From Octopus sinensis (lineage: Eukaryota): DNA of 52,798 bases. Location: positions 1-52,798 of the forward strand of contig NW_021833712.1 in the NCBI RefSeq assembly GCF_006345805.1. The letters run 5' to 3'. Both the position numbers and the translations under genes were made by a program. The notes beneath the pieces were generated by a model. It did no database searches, had not been told where the DNA came from, and saw only the letters and a list, made by a program, of their open reading frames with translations. This document shows positions 38,241-51,790 of this stretch, one piece after another. Position 1 is the stretch's first letter; each line of letters starts with the position of its first letter.

Positions 38241-41200
38241 ATGTAAGAAGGAAAATTCAGAGCTCCGAAATCTATCCACAAACATCGAAAACAAGGACAT
38301 CCTATGGAGCCAAAGTTTTACTAACAAAGAATTGGACTGTATCCGAGTAAGTAATACTAATTGAAATTTATTACTATTTTCGAAACGAAATGATGTATTT
38401 TGACTCGATATCATCTCCACCTCTAACGCAACACATGTAAACATGCGTGAAACATCACGATCATCCCCGACGCCAAACGCCATGTACAAAGGAACTACGA
38501 AGAAATTAATGCCACCGATACTATTCAACCCAAGAATAACAATCGAGCGGTACGTACATTAAACTTACAACAAAAAATGTACGAAAAACTACACGTGCGA
38601 ACTAATGTGACAACAGAAATAAACGGACCGGTACCCTACGAAAATGACGACCGTCAAAATAATGGGCCGGACGTTGTACCTCATGTCCCGGAAATAAAAC
38701 CCAAAAGACGTAAATGGACACGTGAGGAATACATTTCTATCTTACACGCATACTTCACAGCAATACTCTACCCAAAAAATGAAAATACAACAACACATAC
38801 ATATAAAATATGGAAGGAAAATAATAGAGATATAGACTTGGATACAGCAATGAACCCTAATAAATTAGCTAACGTACGAAGATACATTCTCAACACAAAA
38901 AAAATATCAGAAATAGAAATAGAACACCTAAAAGAAAACATACACCAGGAAAATGTAGATAGAAGCCACACCAACAATGCCCAATAATATAAACACTGAA
39001 ACTGTAAAACACGAAGACAAACGCAACATTCCCAACAAACACGATGTAAACAACGGAGGGGAGCCTAATGATTATGATAATATAAAAAATAAAATAATCA
39101 AAGAACTGAAAACCACAGAGCTCAAAATGGACCACCGACCATACCTCCCAAGAATCAAAATAAACGAAATAACAACACCTATTATAAACAGCATAAACCT
39201 AGCCGTCACTGAACTGATAGCCACTGAATAAAAAAAAAGTGATATCACTGAACTAAATAACCTAATATACGCAGCAGCCACTGCAGCCACAAAAGAAGCT
39301 GGATACTCACCCAAACCCGCCCAAACAGGAGTACCACCACCCAAACAAACCCTGTGGATAAATAACATCCAAAGCAAAATAAAAAAAAAATTAGAAAAGA
39401 CCTGTCGATTCTTAATGAAATCAACAAACAATCAACGCTACTGAGCAACAAAAAGAGAACAAAAATACTCCGCAAATATAACATCACAGAGAAAGATTTG
39501 CCTGAAATAAAAGAAAAGCTGAAGCAAGATATCCTTGCCAAACCACAAAGGATCCGCCGGTACAAGAAACGCCAACGCTTCTTTGAAGAAGAAAACAAAA
39601 AGTTCAACTCCAACCCCAAAAAGTTCTACCAAGAACTGGGCAAAAATAAAATAGAAGTCACTGCAGCACCAACGGCAGAAGAATTGGAAGAATTCTGGAG
39701 AGAAATATGGTCGGCGAACGAACCACCAAAAAAAAAAAAAAGGAGTATCAAAATAACAAACTCGGCATCTGAACAACTTTGGACCCCCATAACAACTGAA
39801 GAGGTCACCCAGGCACTGCAAAGACTAAGCAACTGGAAGGCACCTGGGCATGACAAGATCCCCAACTTCTGGTTGAAATATCTAACAGGAATGCACAAAA
39901 AGCTGGCTGAAAACTTTAACAACGTACTAGCAGAGCCAGAGACAATGCCTGAATGGCTCACGAAGGGGAAAACCATCTTAATTCCCAAATCAAATGAAAC
40001 AGAAACCAGAAAACTACAGACCAATAACCTGCCTCCCTACTATGTTCAAGGCATTTACTGCAGTGATATCACAAAGGCTGAACAAGCACCTGGACGAAAA
40101 CAAACTGTTCCCAGAAGAGCAGAAAGGATGCCGCAAAGGCTCATATGGCTGTAAAGATCAACTAATAATTAATAAAGCCATAACTGAAGACAGCCACAGA
40201 AAGAAGAAAGGCCTCAGTATGGCCTGGATTGACTACAAAAAGGCGTTTGATAGCATCCCCCACACATGGATCCTCGAAACACTAGCCATTAACAAAGTAG
40301 CACCAACAATCATAAAATTCATAGGGACTCATGAAAACCAAAGACATCCCCATTAGAAGAGGAATATTCCAGGGAGACACGCTCTCTCCACTCCTTTTCT
40401 GCTTGGCACTGTCACCTCTATCTGATATGCTAAATAGAACTGGATGCGGATATAAATGTTACGGCAAAACGATCAGCCACCTTTTATATATGGATGACCT
40501 AAAACTATATGCTGCAAATGACAAACAGCTGGAAACACTATTAAAGACAGTTCATGGATTTACCAAAGAAATAGATATGAAATTTGGATTAGAAAAATGC
40601 GCCAAAGTAACCATGAAAAGAGGAAAACTAGTTAAGAGTAAAACACATCACACTAGATAAAACCAATGAAATAAAAGAATTAGACCAAAGCCAAACTTAC
40701 AAATACTTAGGAATCCATGAACTAGATAAGACACAACACACACAAATGAAAGAGAAAATAAAAAAGAATATTATAGACGAGTTAGATCAATACTAAACAC
40801 AGAGCTCAATGCTAAAAACAAGATAATAGGTATTAACACTTTAGCTGTCCCAGTTATAGGTTACAGCTACAATATCCTTAACTGGACACGAAATGAACTG
40901 ACCAAAATAGATAGGAAAACAAGAAAAATAATGACAGGATCTAGGATGCATCACCCAAAATCTGACATAGAAAGACTATATATACAACGTATAGAAGGTG
41001 GTAGAGGCCTTATACAGCTGGAAAACTACTATAAAATAACCACCATAGGACTGCAAAAATATCTACTTCAGAAGGAAGGAAAACTGATCCAGATAGCGGC
41101 AAAACAAAAAACTGTTCTTAGTATTTAAGGAAGCTGACAAATACAAACAAGAAATCATACCACCAAATAAACACGAAGAAGAAGAAGAAGATGAAGAAAC

Positions 41201-42115
41201 AACAAAAGCTATAAAACAAATGAAATCCAAACTAAAAATAGAACAGCAACGAACCATGATAAAACGATGGCAAGAAAAGCCCCTTCATGGTAAATACTGG
41301 ACTAAACTAAACGCAAAAGAAATAGACAAAGAAAAATCCCAGCAATGGTTGAGAAGCTCAGGACTCAAAGCAGAAACAGAGGGATTTTTAATTGCAGCAC
41401 AAGACCAAAGCCTCCCCACCAGAAATTACCAAAAACATGTAATGAAAAGAAATATTACAAGTAACTGCAGAATATGTGGAGATGGACAAGAAACAATAAA
41501 TCATATTATCTCTAGCTGCCCAGTCCTGGCTAAGAAGGAATATATTCACAGACATGACAGAGTTGGAACCTACATACATTGGAAGCTATGCCAACATTAT
41601 GGAATAACAACAGAAAAAAGATGGTATAGGCACACACCAGAAAAGGTCACAGAAAACGAGAAAGCAACCATACTCTGGGATATGCCGATACACACAGATA
41701 GAGAAATTAAGGCCAACAGACCAGATATAGTTGTCAGAGACCATGAAGAAAAAAAAATGCTTTCTAATTGATGTATCAATACCGGCTGATGACAACGTGT
41801 CTCTAAAAGAAATGGAGAAACTCTCAAAATACAAAGACCTGGAAATAGAGGTAACTAGAATGTGGAATCTGAAAACAGAAACAATTCCTATCATAGTAGG
41901 TGCATTAGGCATGATAAAAAAATATTCAGCCAAATACATAACAAAAACACCAGGACTTACAAACACATATAACATACAGAAAATTGCACTACTAGGCACT
42001 GCACACATCCTACGCAGAACACTTTCCATACAATAACCATCAGAGCATCACAACAAATGACAGCACATACCCAAGGCACACAGTGAAGTGAAAGCACGCT
42101 ATAAAAATAAAACTA

Positions 42116-42120
<5 letters not shown>
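38051..42120 (+). mobile_element. Full-length R4/Dong-like RLE non-LTR retrotransposon inserted in (TAA)n, frameshifted
   Basis: N-terminal KRRKWTREEY..NKLANVRRYI; RT motifs WKAPGHDKIPNFWLK, YRPITCL, EQKGC, WIDYKKAFDS, IFQGDTLSPLLF, YMDDLKLYA; CRICGDGQETINHIISSC knuckle; RHD, RPDIVV, IDVSIP, KYKDL restriction-like endonuclease. (TAA)n on both sides (37981-38052, 42120-42171). Confidence 0.95.
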
Positions 42121-42161
<41 letters not shown>

Positions 42162-42699
42162 TAATAATAATACGACTTTTCTTCAAAGCCCATCTAGCCA
42201 TGTGGGGACTAAACTTAGTTTGTGCAAAGTCGGCGCACAGCGTCCATTTTTGCACATCTGTTATGCCTCCTCCCCCCACACCATTTTACTCCGTACATGA
42301 ACTGCTTCACCTGGTGACTCATATACTCCTTCTGTGTTGTGTATGGGAGTACATATTTTGCTTATAGCCTTATACCTTCATGCAAGCGCCCGGATGCGTG
42401 TCTTATACTGTTAAAGGTATCTCATATATAAATATTTAGACATATAATACTTAAACCGTCATAAGTAGCCACCCTATTCTCTCTTTCTGCTCAACCTATA
42501 TTTCATATTCTCACACCTACTTCATCTATTGTTAGTTCTTGCTCTAGATATTGTATGAAATGGAGGAAACTGTGATTCATTGCAATTCAATGAATAAACT
42601 ATGTAAACTATGTACCAAAGCTCTATGCTAGCTGGCAAGCGTTTGCGCAGATCTTCTTTTCAGGTGATGACGAAAGTTCTACAACTGCCTTCCCACCAT

Positions 42700-44830
42700 C
42701 ACTCCCAAGTACTCAATCTCGGGGCCGCTACTATTAATGTTGGCACAATGAAAGAAGGATTAGGGAGCGATGCCATATTTATGTGTTGGTGTGCAAGAAG
42801 TAAGATGGAGGGGAGCCTCAGCTAGATTCCTCACCGTTAAGTGACAGAGATTAAAATTCTTCTGGGTAGGTAGGAAAGATGGAGTGGGTGATGTAGGCAT
42901 ACTGTTAGCAGAAAAGTGGGTAGATAAGGTAATTGAGATATTCAGAGTATGTGATAAGGTAATTAAGATGAGACATAGATTAATTAACAGTTACATTTAT
43001 CTCTGCATATGCTCCTCAGTCTGGGCTGGCTGATGAGAAGAAGGACCAATTGTATGAGGTCCTTTTGCAGACTACCTCAATGACAAATGACAGTGATTTT
43101 GTTATTGTAACTGGTGACTTCAATGGACATAGAGCATCTCCATGGATTCCAAGGAGTGCGTGGTGGCTATGGCTTTGGATCCAGAAGTGAGGAGGAAACA
43201 AAACTGCTGGAGTTATGTGATGCAAATCATCTTATGGTCTTTAACACTAACTTCAGAAAACCAGCCAACCAACCAGCCAGCCAGCCAACCACCTAATCAC
43301 TTATCAGGATGTACAACACTTAAGCCTTGTAGCAGCTAACTATAATACTACTACACCAGTCATTGAAGAAGGTGCCTTCCTAAATAACTTGATTAACTAT
43401 ACTCGTGACTAAGCTGTATCATTCACCAACGGAAATTTTAATCATCTTGGCAGTGATGGTGAGCACTTAAGCCAGATTAACCACCTCCTCACTAGGCAAC
43501 GAGATAGATGGATGCTTAAAAATGCAAAATCTTTCCCTGATGAAGAGTAAACAATCCAACATAGGTTACTAGTTAGTGACTTCAGAATTAGAGCTAGAAA
43601 ACTCGGAAAAATAAACCAAACTCGAAAGGAAAATTATGAAAGCTCAGTAAACAGACAAAAGTTTAGAGATTTCCAAATGGAAGTTTCTGACGAAAGAGAG
43701 GAAGAGTTGGGGACATATAGCGTAGAGGACAATTGGAAGTTCCTGCGGGACAATATACCGAGGACTACAGACGAAATCTGTGGTTGGTGCTGAGTCCCAG
43801 CTAGACCAAGGGTGACATGGTGGAGGAACAAGGAGGTAGACAGTGCTATAAAAGCAAAAAGACAGACCTGGAAAGACTGGAAAAATGGTAGAAGCAAATA
43901 ATTATATCAGGTAGTCAGAAGGACAGCGAGGCGACAAGTTTACATAGTAAAAGGAATAGCAGAAGGTAAGAGATTTGTAAATGTTGTACAGCGTGAGGAT
44001 CAGCGATGTGAGGTGTTTAGGATTGTAAAGCAGGTATCAGAGAGAATAGAGATGCGGTGGGTGAGAAATGTATGCGAATGGATAATGATATGCTTGCACT
44101 TAGTGACTCAGAGAAGAAAGATGTATGGAAGAGTCACTATTAAAGGTTACTAAATGTAGAGAAAATGAATAGGAGAAAGAAAGTCTACCAAATATTAAAC
44201 CAATTGAGGGACCAGCCATCAGAGTTGATAGGTAAGGCAATTTAGGATATGAAGACAGGGAAAGCCCTTGGGCCATCAGGAATCACTGCCAAGATGATTA
44301 AAACTTTCGTTGGTGAATGATACAGCTTAGTCACGAGTATAGTTAATCAAGTTATTTAGGAAGGCACCTTCTTCAATGACTGGTGTAGTAGTATTAGTAG
44401 TTAGCTGCTACAAGGGCAAAGGTGATGCCTAAGATAGAAACAACTACAGCGGTATCAAACTGCTAGACCAGTCATAAAAGTTACTGAGAGAGTTATAACT
44501 CGGAGAATTAAACTAGATGAGATGCAGTTAGATTTCGTACCTGGGAAGAGTACCACAGATGTTAACTTCCAAGTGAGACAGCAGCAGGAAAAGTATTTGG
44601 CCAAAAATAAGCCATTGTACAGTAGTGCTGTCCGTAATGTGAAAGTTAGCTATAAATAGTGATGAATTTAGCATACAAGTAGGGGTTCATCAAGTCTCAG
44701 TTCTCAGCTCACTCTTATTCATTATAGTCCTCCAGGCCATAAAAGAGGAATTCAAAACTGGATGCTAATGAGAATTGCTATATTCGGATAACCTTACTCG
44801 TATTGCTGAATCTTTAGCAGAATTCGAAAA
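42700..44830 (+). mobile_element. Degenerate RTE-clade LINE (APE endonuclease + RT)
   Basis: TINVGTM, SAYAPQSG, VTGDFNGH, GYGFGSRSEE..LLELC, KGKGDA..RNNYSGIKLL and QVGVHQVSVLS remnants, with many stops. Confidence 0.85.
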
Positions 44831-45461
44831 GAAATCTCAGGATGTTGGATGTTGAAGAAATAACAATGGACCGAGATGTTTGACAATATGAGGTTCTAGA
44901 GAAGATCTGCCCACATCAGCAAAACTTGAGTTCTAGAAGCACTGTGTGTCCCAACTATACTTAACAAGAAAACTTCTCACACACTCTACCACAACAAACC
45001 AAACTACATATCTTCTCTTCCTCACATTTCCTCCTTCATGCACTATGCTCACCTCCCACTCCCCAATCCTGTCCTCACAGCTCTGTTTCATTGCTATCCA
45101 GTAGACCCCCCCACTCTCTAATCACGCTTCTTTGGTAATGTCCTGCCACTTATATTATGATATCTGAACCTCAAGTATGTGCCCTGGCACTTGCCACCAT
45201 CTATATCTTCTTTCCCTCGACCATCCCATCTCCGTCCCTTGTGAGTATGCCTGGCACTTTGCCACCATCTCTATCCTGCTGTCTCCCACTCTCTCTCTCT
45301 CTCTCCAGCCGGGCAGCCTTGTACTCCTCTACAGCAAGACACCTGTTTGTGTCTCTCTGTCACACTAAAACCTTTCATCATGACACAAGATCACCTCCTC
45401 CAATGCCCCCTCCCATCTCAAAAGAGTTTTTGTCATGGAAGTTACTTGGTGACCCTTTCAG

Positions 45462-45755
45462 TTCAGGTGCCACTTAAAAAGCATCCAGTCCACACTGTAA
45501 AGTGGTTGGCGTTTGGAAGGGCATCCAGCTGTAAAAACCTTGCCAAAACTGACTTCGCTTGTGCTTGTGCTACGTAAAAAGCACTCAGTCCACTCTGTTG
45601 GGTGGTTGGTGTTTGGAAGGGCATCCAGCCGTAAAAATCCTGCCAAAACAGACACAGAAATCTGGTGCAGGCTTCTGCCTGACTAGCTCCTGTCGAAGCA
45701 TTCTTCTCATGCCAGCATGGAAGGCTGACGTTGAACGCTGATGATGATGATGAAA
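45462..45755 (+). mobile_element. Retroposon 3' tail (RTE/SINE-type) with internal duplication, ending in (GAT)n
   Basis: Two copies of GTGGTTGG(C/T)GTTTGGAAGGGCATCCAGC, then CATGCCAGCATGGAAGG...GATGATGATGA. Family assignment is from recall. Confidence 0.55.
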
Positions 45756-46582
45756 TATACAACAGCTTTATATACCTACACCCACCCACACAGACATACA
45801 CACTCGCATGATGTTAATAATGACTTCTAATATGGTTGAAATCTACACAGTTTTGTACATACATATACACCCACACGTATACATTGCTGGATCTCATTTT
45901 GTAAAAGAAGATTATAATACAAACAATAATTGAACTTGGAGGAATGGAAAGTAATGTATTTTCCAATACAATTTAAACAGTAAAGTGCAGCAGTGAATGC
46001 AGTGTTGATGTATCATACATGTATGACTCTCCATTATGTCGGCTTTTGCATTGTTTGATATAAATTAAAAGAACGTATTACTGAATTTCGTGTTGAATCT
46101 TTGAAAGACAATTTAAATATATAAAAACCGTTTGCATCTATTATTCAAAGCAGTAGCAATCGAAAGATTAAGATGTTTTCAAAATATAACTTCACTTACC
46201 CGTTTGTTTTGAAAATGTCCCTAAAAATACAAAACGTGTCATGATTACATATGTAAAATTTGAAGAAAGCCTTTTTGTAAAATTAAAGGTACATGCTGAC
46301 ATCGACATACAGAAAGAAAAACGTTTTTATTGCATTACCAAATTTGCTACAGCTCTTTCAAAGCCAGTTATGGACTTCATATGCATATGCGTTTTTTACA
46401 AATACAATTGTCTATATTTATTAAACGTGAATTGTGATACAAAGCAGAAAAGAAAAATGTGCAAATTGCCCTTATATTTTTGAGTAAAATTACGTTTTTT
46501 TAAAATTTCTCACCAGTCAATTAACGAATATTATTATTTTTTAATACATAAATGATAAATATATTTAAGAAATGAATAATCT

Positions 46583-47056
46583 TATCACAAAATTCACAAA
46601 TGTTCGTGATAAAATACTTTTCATAGTTATAAAATAAATTGATAGGCGCAGGAGTGGCTGTGTGGTAAGTAGCTTGCTAACCAACCACATGGTTCCGGGT
46701 TCAGTCCCACTGCGTGGCATCATGGGCAAGTATCTTCTGCTATAGCCCCGGGCCGACCAATGCCTTGTGAGTGGATTTGGTAGACGGAAACTGAAAGAAG
46801 CCTGTCGTATATATGTATATATATATATATATGTGTGTGTGTGGGGGGGGTTGTGTGTCTGTGTTTGTCCCCCTAGCATTGCTCGACAACCGATGCTGGT
46901 GTGTTTACGTCCCCGTCACTTAGCGGTTCGGAAAAAGTGACCGATAAACTAAGTACTGGGCTTACAAAGAATACGTCCCGGGGTCGATTTGATCGACTAC
47001 AGGCGGTGCTCCAGCATGGCCGCAGTCAAAATGACTGAAACAAGTAAAAGAGTAAT
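46583..47056 (+). mobile_element. tRNA-derived SINE (second octopus-type family)
   Basis: A-box TGGCTGTGTGG, B-box GGTTCAGTCCC, CORE-like TGGGCAAGTATCTTC, internal (TA)/(TG) tract, AAAGAGTAA tail. Confidence 0.8.
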
Positions 47057-47605
47057 GAGTAAAGAGAGTATAGTTCATTTTAGATTTTATTATTTTCTAT
47101 TGTTAGCTATAAAACATAGCATGAAGTCCGATAAGTTCATGTCCTTTTATGTGTGTGATTTTTCAGATTTTCATGGAATTTTTTAACAGATTCTTTCTAC
47201 CTAGTAGTATATACGTTCTTCATTTATATATGCAACTTATAACGCATACTTTTCTCATAGCAGCACAAACAGCGGCCATTCTTTGTGTGACATTCTTCTT
47301 AATAATGTTTAAATTCTTTCCATTACTATTAAAGGCAGCCGAAATTGTTGTAGCCAAATGCCTTTAAATAATACCATGCTTTGTAAAACACACGAAACAT
47401 TTTCAATTCAAAATATTGGGAAATTACTCTTCATTCGCTACCCCATAACAAATAATAGTTCTTTAAAAGTGCTTACAACTAGTGATAAAAGGATATCTTA
47501 AATCAATCTGTTTCATTCAAAGCTGCCCATACCACAATATTATTATGGCAATAAATAGACAGTTGTTACATAATTTGACCAAAAGTAATAAAAAAAAAAT
47601 CTTAC

Positions 47606-47686
47606 CTGCTTTGTAAACAGAATGTGTTAGATAACCTCCACAGAAATCTTCTTTGTTGCCTGGACAGCTTGAATTACAGAGGTCTT

Positions 47687-47739
<53 letters not shown>

Positions 47740-47783
47740 CCATATTTGTCATAACTGTTTCCACAGAAGCAGAGGGCACCATG
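47606..47783 (-). CDS. Internal exon encoding the C-terminal half of a WSC domain with a 17-Ala insertion
   Basis: Acceptor TTTTTAATTAG and donor GCAG|GTAAGA. The 178 nt (phase 0 to phase 1) translate HGALCFCGNSYDKYG(A)17EDLCNSSCPGNKEDFCGGYLTHSVYKA, matching the WSC pattern CxCG..CxxxCxGN....CGG...SVY. An in-frame TAG immediately upstream means the sequence must be spliced. Confidence 0.88.
47687..47739. repeat. (CAG)17 microsatellite, read as (GCT)17 poly-Ala in the minus-strand exon
   Basis: 17 uninterrupted CAG plus CA, counted directly. Confidence 0.97.
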
Positions 47784-47849
47784 CTAATTAAAAAGAAATG
47801 CTCTTTTAGCAAAGTTGATGTTGCTAATATTTTCTACTCTTGACAAAAG

Positions 47850-48186
47850 GCTCGAAATTTTTAGGGAGGGTGTGCAGCCGAATAGATCGACCCCGAAAGG
47901 ATGAAAGGCAAAGTCGACTGCGGCGGAATTTGAACTCAGAACGTAACGGCAGACGAAATGCCTATTTCTTTACTACCCACAAGGGGCTAAACACAGAGAG
48001 GACAAACAAGGACAGACAAACGGATTAAGTCGATTATATCGACTCCGGTGCGTAACTGGCACTCAATTTATCGACCCCGAAAGGATGAAAGGCAAAGTCG
48101 ACTTCGGCGGAATTTGAACTCAGAACGTAACGGCTGACGAAATACGGCTACGCATTTCGCCCGGCGTGGTAACGTTTCTGCCAGCT
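47850..48186 (-). mobile_element. tRNA-derived SINE dimer, same family as 34685-35310
   Basis: Same core and the same internal junction (GACGAAAT(A/G)C followed by C(A/T)ATTTCTTTACTACCCACAAGGGG) as at about 35085. Confidence 0.8.
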
Positions 48187-48435
48187 TCTTTTTAGTTTGT
48201 TGAGTCACAACCCCAAAGATGTGTATCGACTATTAATCCATGAGTGACACAGACAAATTTTAGCTAGTCCTAGTTTGAGGAGATTTATAGATTGTAAAGA
48301 TAATTCTCTGAGAGGAATGTTATTAAATATTAAAACTTGTTGCTGAAAAATTGCTCGTAATAAATTGTAGCTGTGTTGTGTTGCATTTCCCAAAATATAT
48401 TCGCAATTAGACATTCCTAAAATCATGTGAAGATC

Positions 48436-49178
<743 letters not shown>

Positions 49179-49549
49179 AAAATTGGTTAAGAGAGAGAGA
49201 GTGGGAGAAAGAGCGGTAACACTATCATGTAATTGCGCGTACGTTTGTTAAAATATGGAAGTCAACAAAAAATTGACATATCAAAAACTGCTAATTAATT
49301 ATTGTATAGTAGCGCGTCATTCATATTTGTGCGCAATATGTAAACAAAGGAAAACTTAAACGCTATCAAATAGAATTGATAAAAAATTTTTTATATAAAA
49401 TAACTAAAATTACTAAAGCCACAATCGCTATAAATCAATATGTTTACCTCTAATTTAGTTTAATAAATTATTTGCTAACATATAAGAAGGTCAGAAAAAT
49501 TGATTGTCTATCTAATATTGAGAAAACGATCTTAAAAGTAATATGGAGG

Positions 49550-49865
49550 TTAGGACAATACAACAACAACAATACAAACATACGAAACCAAAACAACAAC
49601 AATAGCAATAGCAATGTTAATGACAACAACAATAGTGGCAATAACAATAACAACAATGATAACCACAAACAACTTTAACATCAACAACACAAATGTACGA
49701 AAATAAAAACAACAACAATTATAACAACAGCAATAGCGATGATGATAACAACAATAATCGCAACATCCCACACACAGACAACAATACCAACCACATCATC
49801 CACACCACCACCACTAGCATCAACGCCACCCACAACAATAACAACAACAATAACAATAACAATAC
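49550..49865. repeat. Degenerate (AAC/AAT)n low-complexity tract
   Basis: Imperfect trinucleotide repeats, seen directly. Confidence 0.85.
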
Positions 49866-49869
49866 TGAA

Positions 49870-51790
49870 CATAATACACCTCAATACACATGGGAATGTG
49901 GTGTGTTGTTGTTATATATATATAATGTATTGAGTATTAAAGGAAGTAGTGAGTACTTAGTATGAAAGATTAAGAAAATGAGAGAGACTAAAAAAACGTG
50001 TTAACGATACGAGATACTTTATTAGACTGCCGTTGTTGTACAAGGTATTTGTTGTGGCGGGAAACTTACTGAATGTCCTTGTATCAAGGGAGACAATGGG
50101 CAACGTTGATTGTTCATGTTTGTTGTGATGATTACATAACATCTTCCCTTTTTTATTTTTATTTTTTTTTTATCTGTATCTACAGGGAATAATTATTCGT
50201 CGTCCACTTTTTGTGGTTTTATTATTTTGTAGTGTTGAATTCTGTAGTTGTGCTGTTTTTGTTTTTTCATGCGTGTTTGTTGACTTTGGAAATATATTTT
50301 CATAATCTAATTCTTCTGTTATGCGAACGTGTTCGTTTGTTTTAAGAATATGTTGTCTATTTCGTTTGACTGTATTACCTTCCTCTGTTATTACTAAGTA
50401 TGAACGAGGTTGCTCTAGTTTTTTAATTATTTTGCCCCTTCTAACCAATTGTTGTTAAACTTAATTCTAACCGTGTCGTGTGGTTTTAACTCTGGGAGTT
50501 CTGTTGTAATGTTTGATTTCTTCTTTTCGTGAGGCCTGATACCAATTTTATCGTGTAGTAAGTTTGGGAGATTTGTTCGCAATGTTCTATTCATTATTTG
50601 ATTTGCAGGGGATGGTGCACCATTTTGTAATTTAGTCGTGCGTAATGCTCTTGAATGCCTTTTTTAGAGTCTTTTTTATTGTCTGTATATTTCTCTCAAC
50701 CATGCCATTCGCTTGATGATAATGCGGGCTTGTCTTCGTGTGATGAAAATGCCATTTTTTTGCAAATTTTTTGAATTCAGCCGAATTGAATTCTGGACCG
50801 TTGTCACTTATAACTGTTTGCGGAATTCCGAATTTAGCAAAAGTTTCTTTTAATTTTTTGATTACGGTTTTTGACTGGCAAACATTTATTTCGTGTAGAT
50901 CAAAAAATCTTGTTGTATAGTCAATAATTGTGACATACGAATTTCCAGACAGGTGAAATACGTCTGTACCCACTTTGGTCCATGGTGTAGTAGGTATTTC
51001 ATGATTTATTAGTGGTTCGGCTGATTGCTGTTTTTTGTAGTCGATGCAGTATGAGCATGTGTTAATCATGTCTTTGATTTGAGCGTTAATGCCAGGCCAG
51101 TATATATATTTTTTTATTTTTATTATCATCTGTATTTTGGGTTCTTTTAGTATTCTGACACCATGTTGTTGTTATAAATATATAATGTATTGAGTATTAA
51201 AGGAAGTAGTGAGTACTTAGTATGAAATATTAAGAAAATGAGAGAGACTGAAAAAACGTGTTAACGATACGAGATACTTTATTAGACTGCCGTTGTTGTA
51301 CAAGGTATTTGTTGTGGCGGGAAACTTACTGAATGTCCTTGTATCAAGGGAGACAATGGGCAACGTTGATTGTTCATGTTTGTTGTGATGATTACATAAC
51401 ATGGTGCAACATACTCCAACCCAAGAAAAGGACTGCACAAAATTTCCAAGCATTCAACAACGATGTTCCTACGCTATACGGGTTACGTAAGGACCGTAAA
51501 TCCTATGTGAACCCTGTTATGGGCTCCCCAACCCGGCCTGTCTGTGGAGCGAATATCTCCAGCAATTATAGGCTATTCTACTTCCTCTCACAGGTGTTAC
51601 GACCACTCATTGAAATGTCCCCAGATGCGAGCACGGGGGATCTAAGTAGAATCAGTAGTCGCAATTACTCCAACGGCCTCATGGGTTGTGTAGTGGGTTG
51701 TATGGATGTCGTTTCATTCTACCCATCTATAGACAGATTTTGCTGTGGAAAAATGTACTGAGATTACTGTGAGATTGAGGTAGTTCTGCG
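49870..51790 (+). mobile_element. Penelope-like RT fragment (host of the integrase-only LTR element)
   Basis: Removing the LTR element rejoins HMGMWCNILQP..DVPTLYGLRKDRK..PTRPVCGA..FLSQVLRPL..MDVVSFYPSID in one frame. Confidence 0.75.
49904..51401 (-). mobile_element. Young internally deleted Ty3/gypsy element retaining only integrase
   Basis: LTRs 49904-50141 and 51164-51401 (238 bp, TG...CA, 3 mismatches seen). 5-bp TSD TGGTG. PBS TGGTGTCAGAA (51153-51163, tRNA-Leu-like). PPT AAGGGAAGA. Internal 1 kb encodes YWPGINAQIK..PWTKVGTDVF..ISDNGPEF..NGMVERNIQTIK..PRSYLV. Confidence 0.95.

Noticed and set aside
46583-46720. tRNA gene
   Set aside because: The A and B boxes continue into a SINE body and tail with no cloverleaf. 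The tRNA-end matches at 28254, 32299 and 51153 are primer binding sites.
47687-47739. (CAG)17 as plus-strand polyglutamine, or poly-Leu as in ORF 47627-47812
   Set aside because: Splice signals and the cysteine pattern support only the minus-strand poly-Ala frame.
49472-49965. Asn/Thr-rich ORFs
   Set aside because: These are translations of a degenerate AAC/AAT microsatellite.
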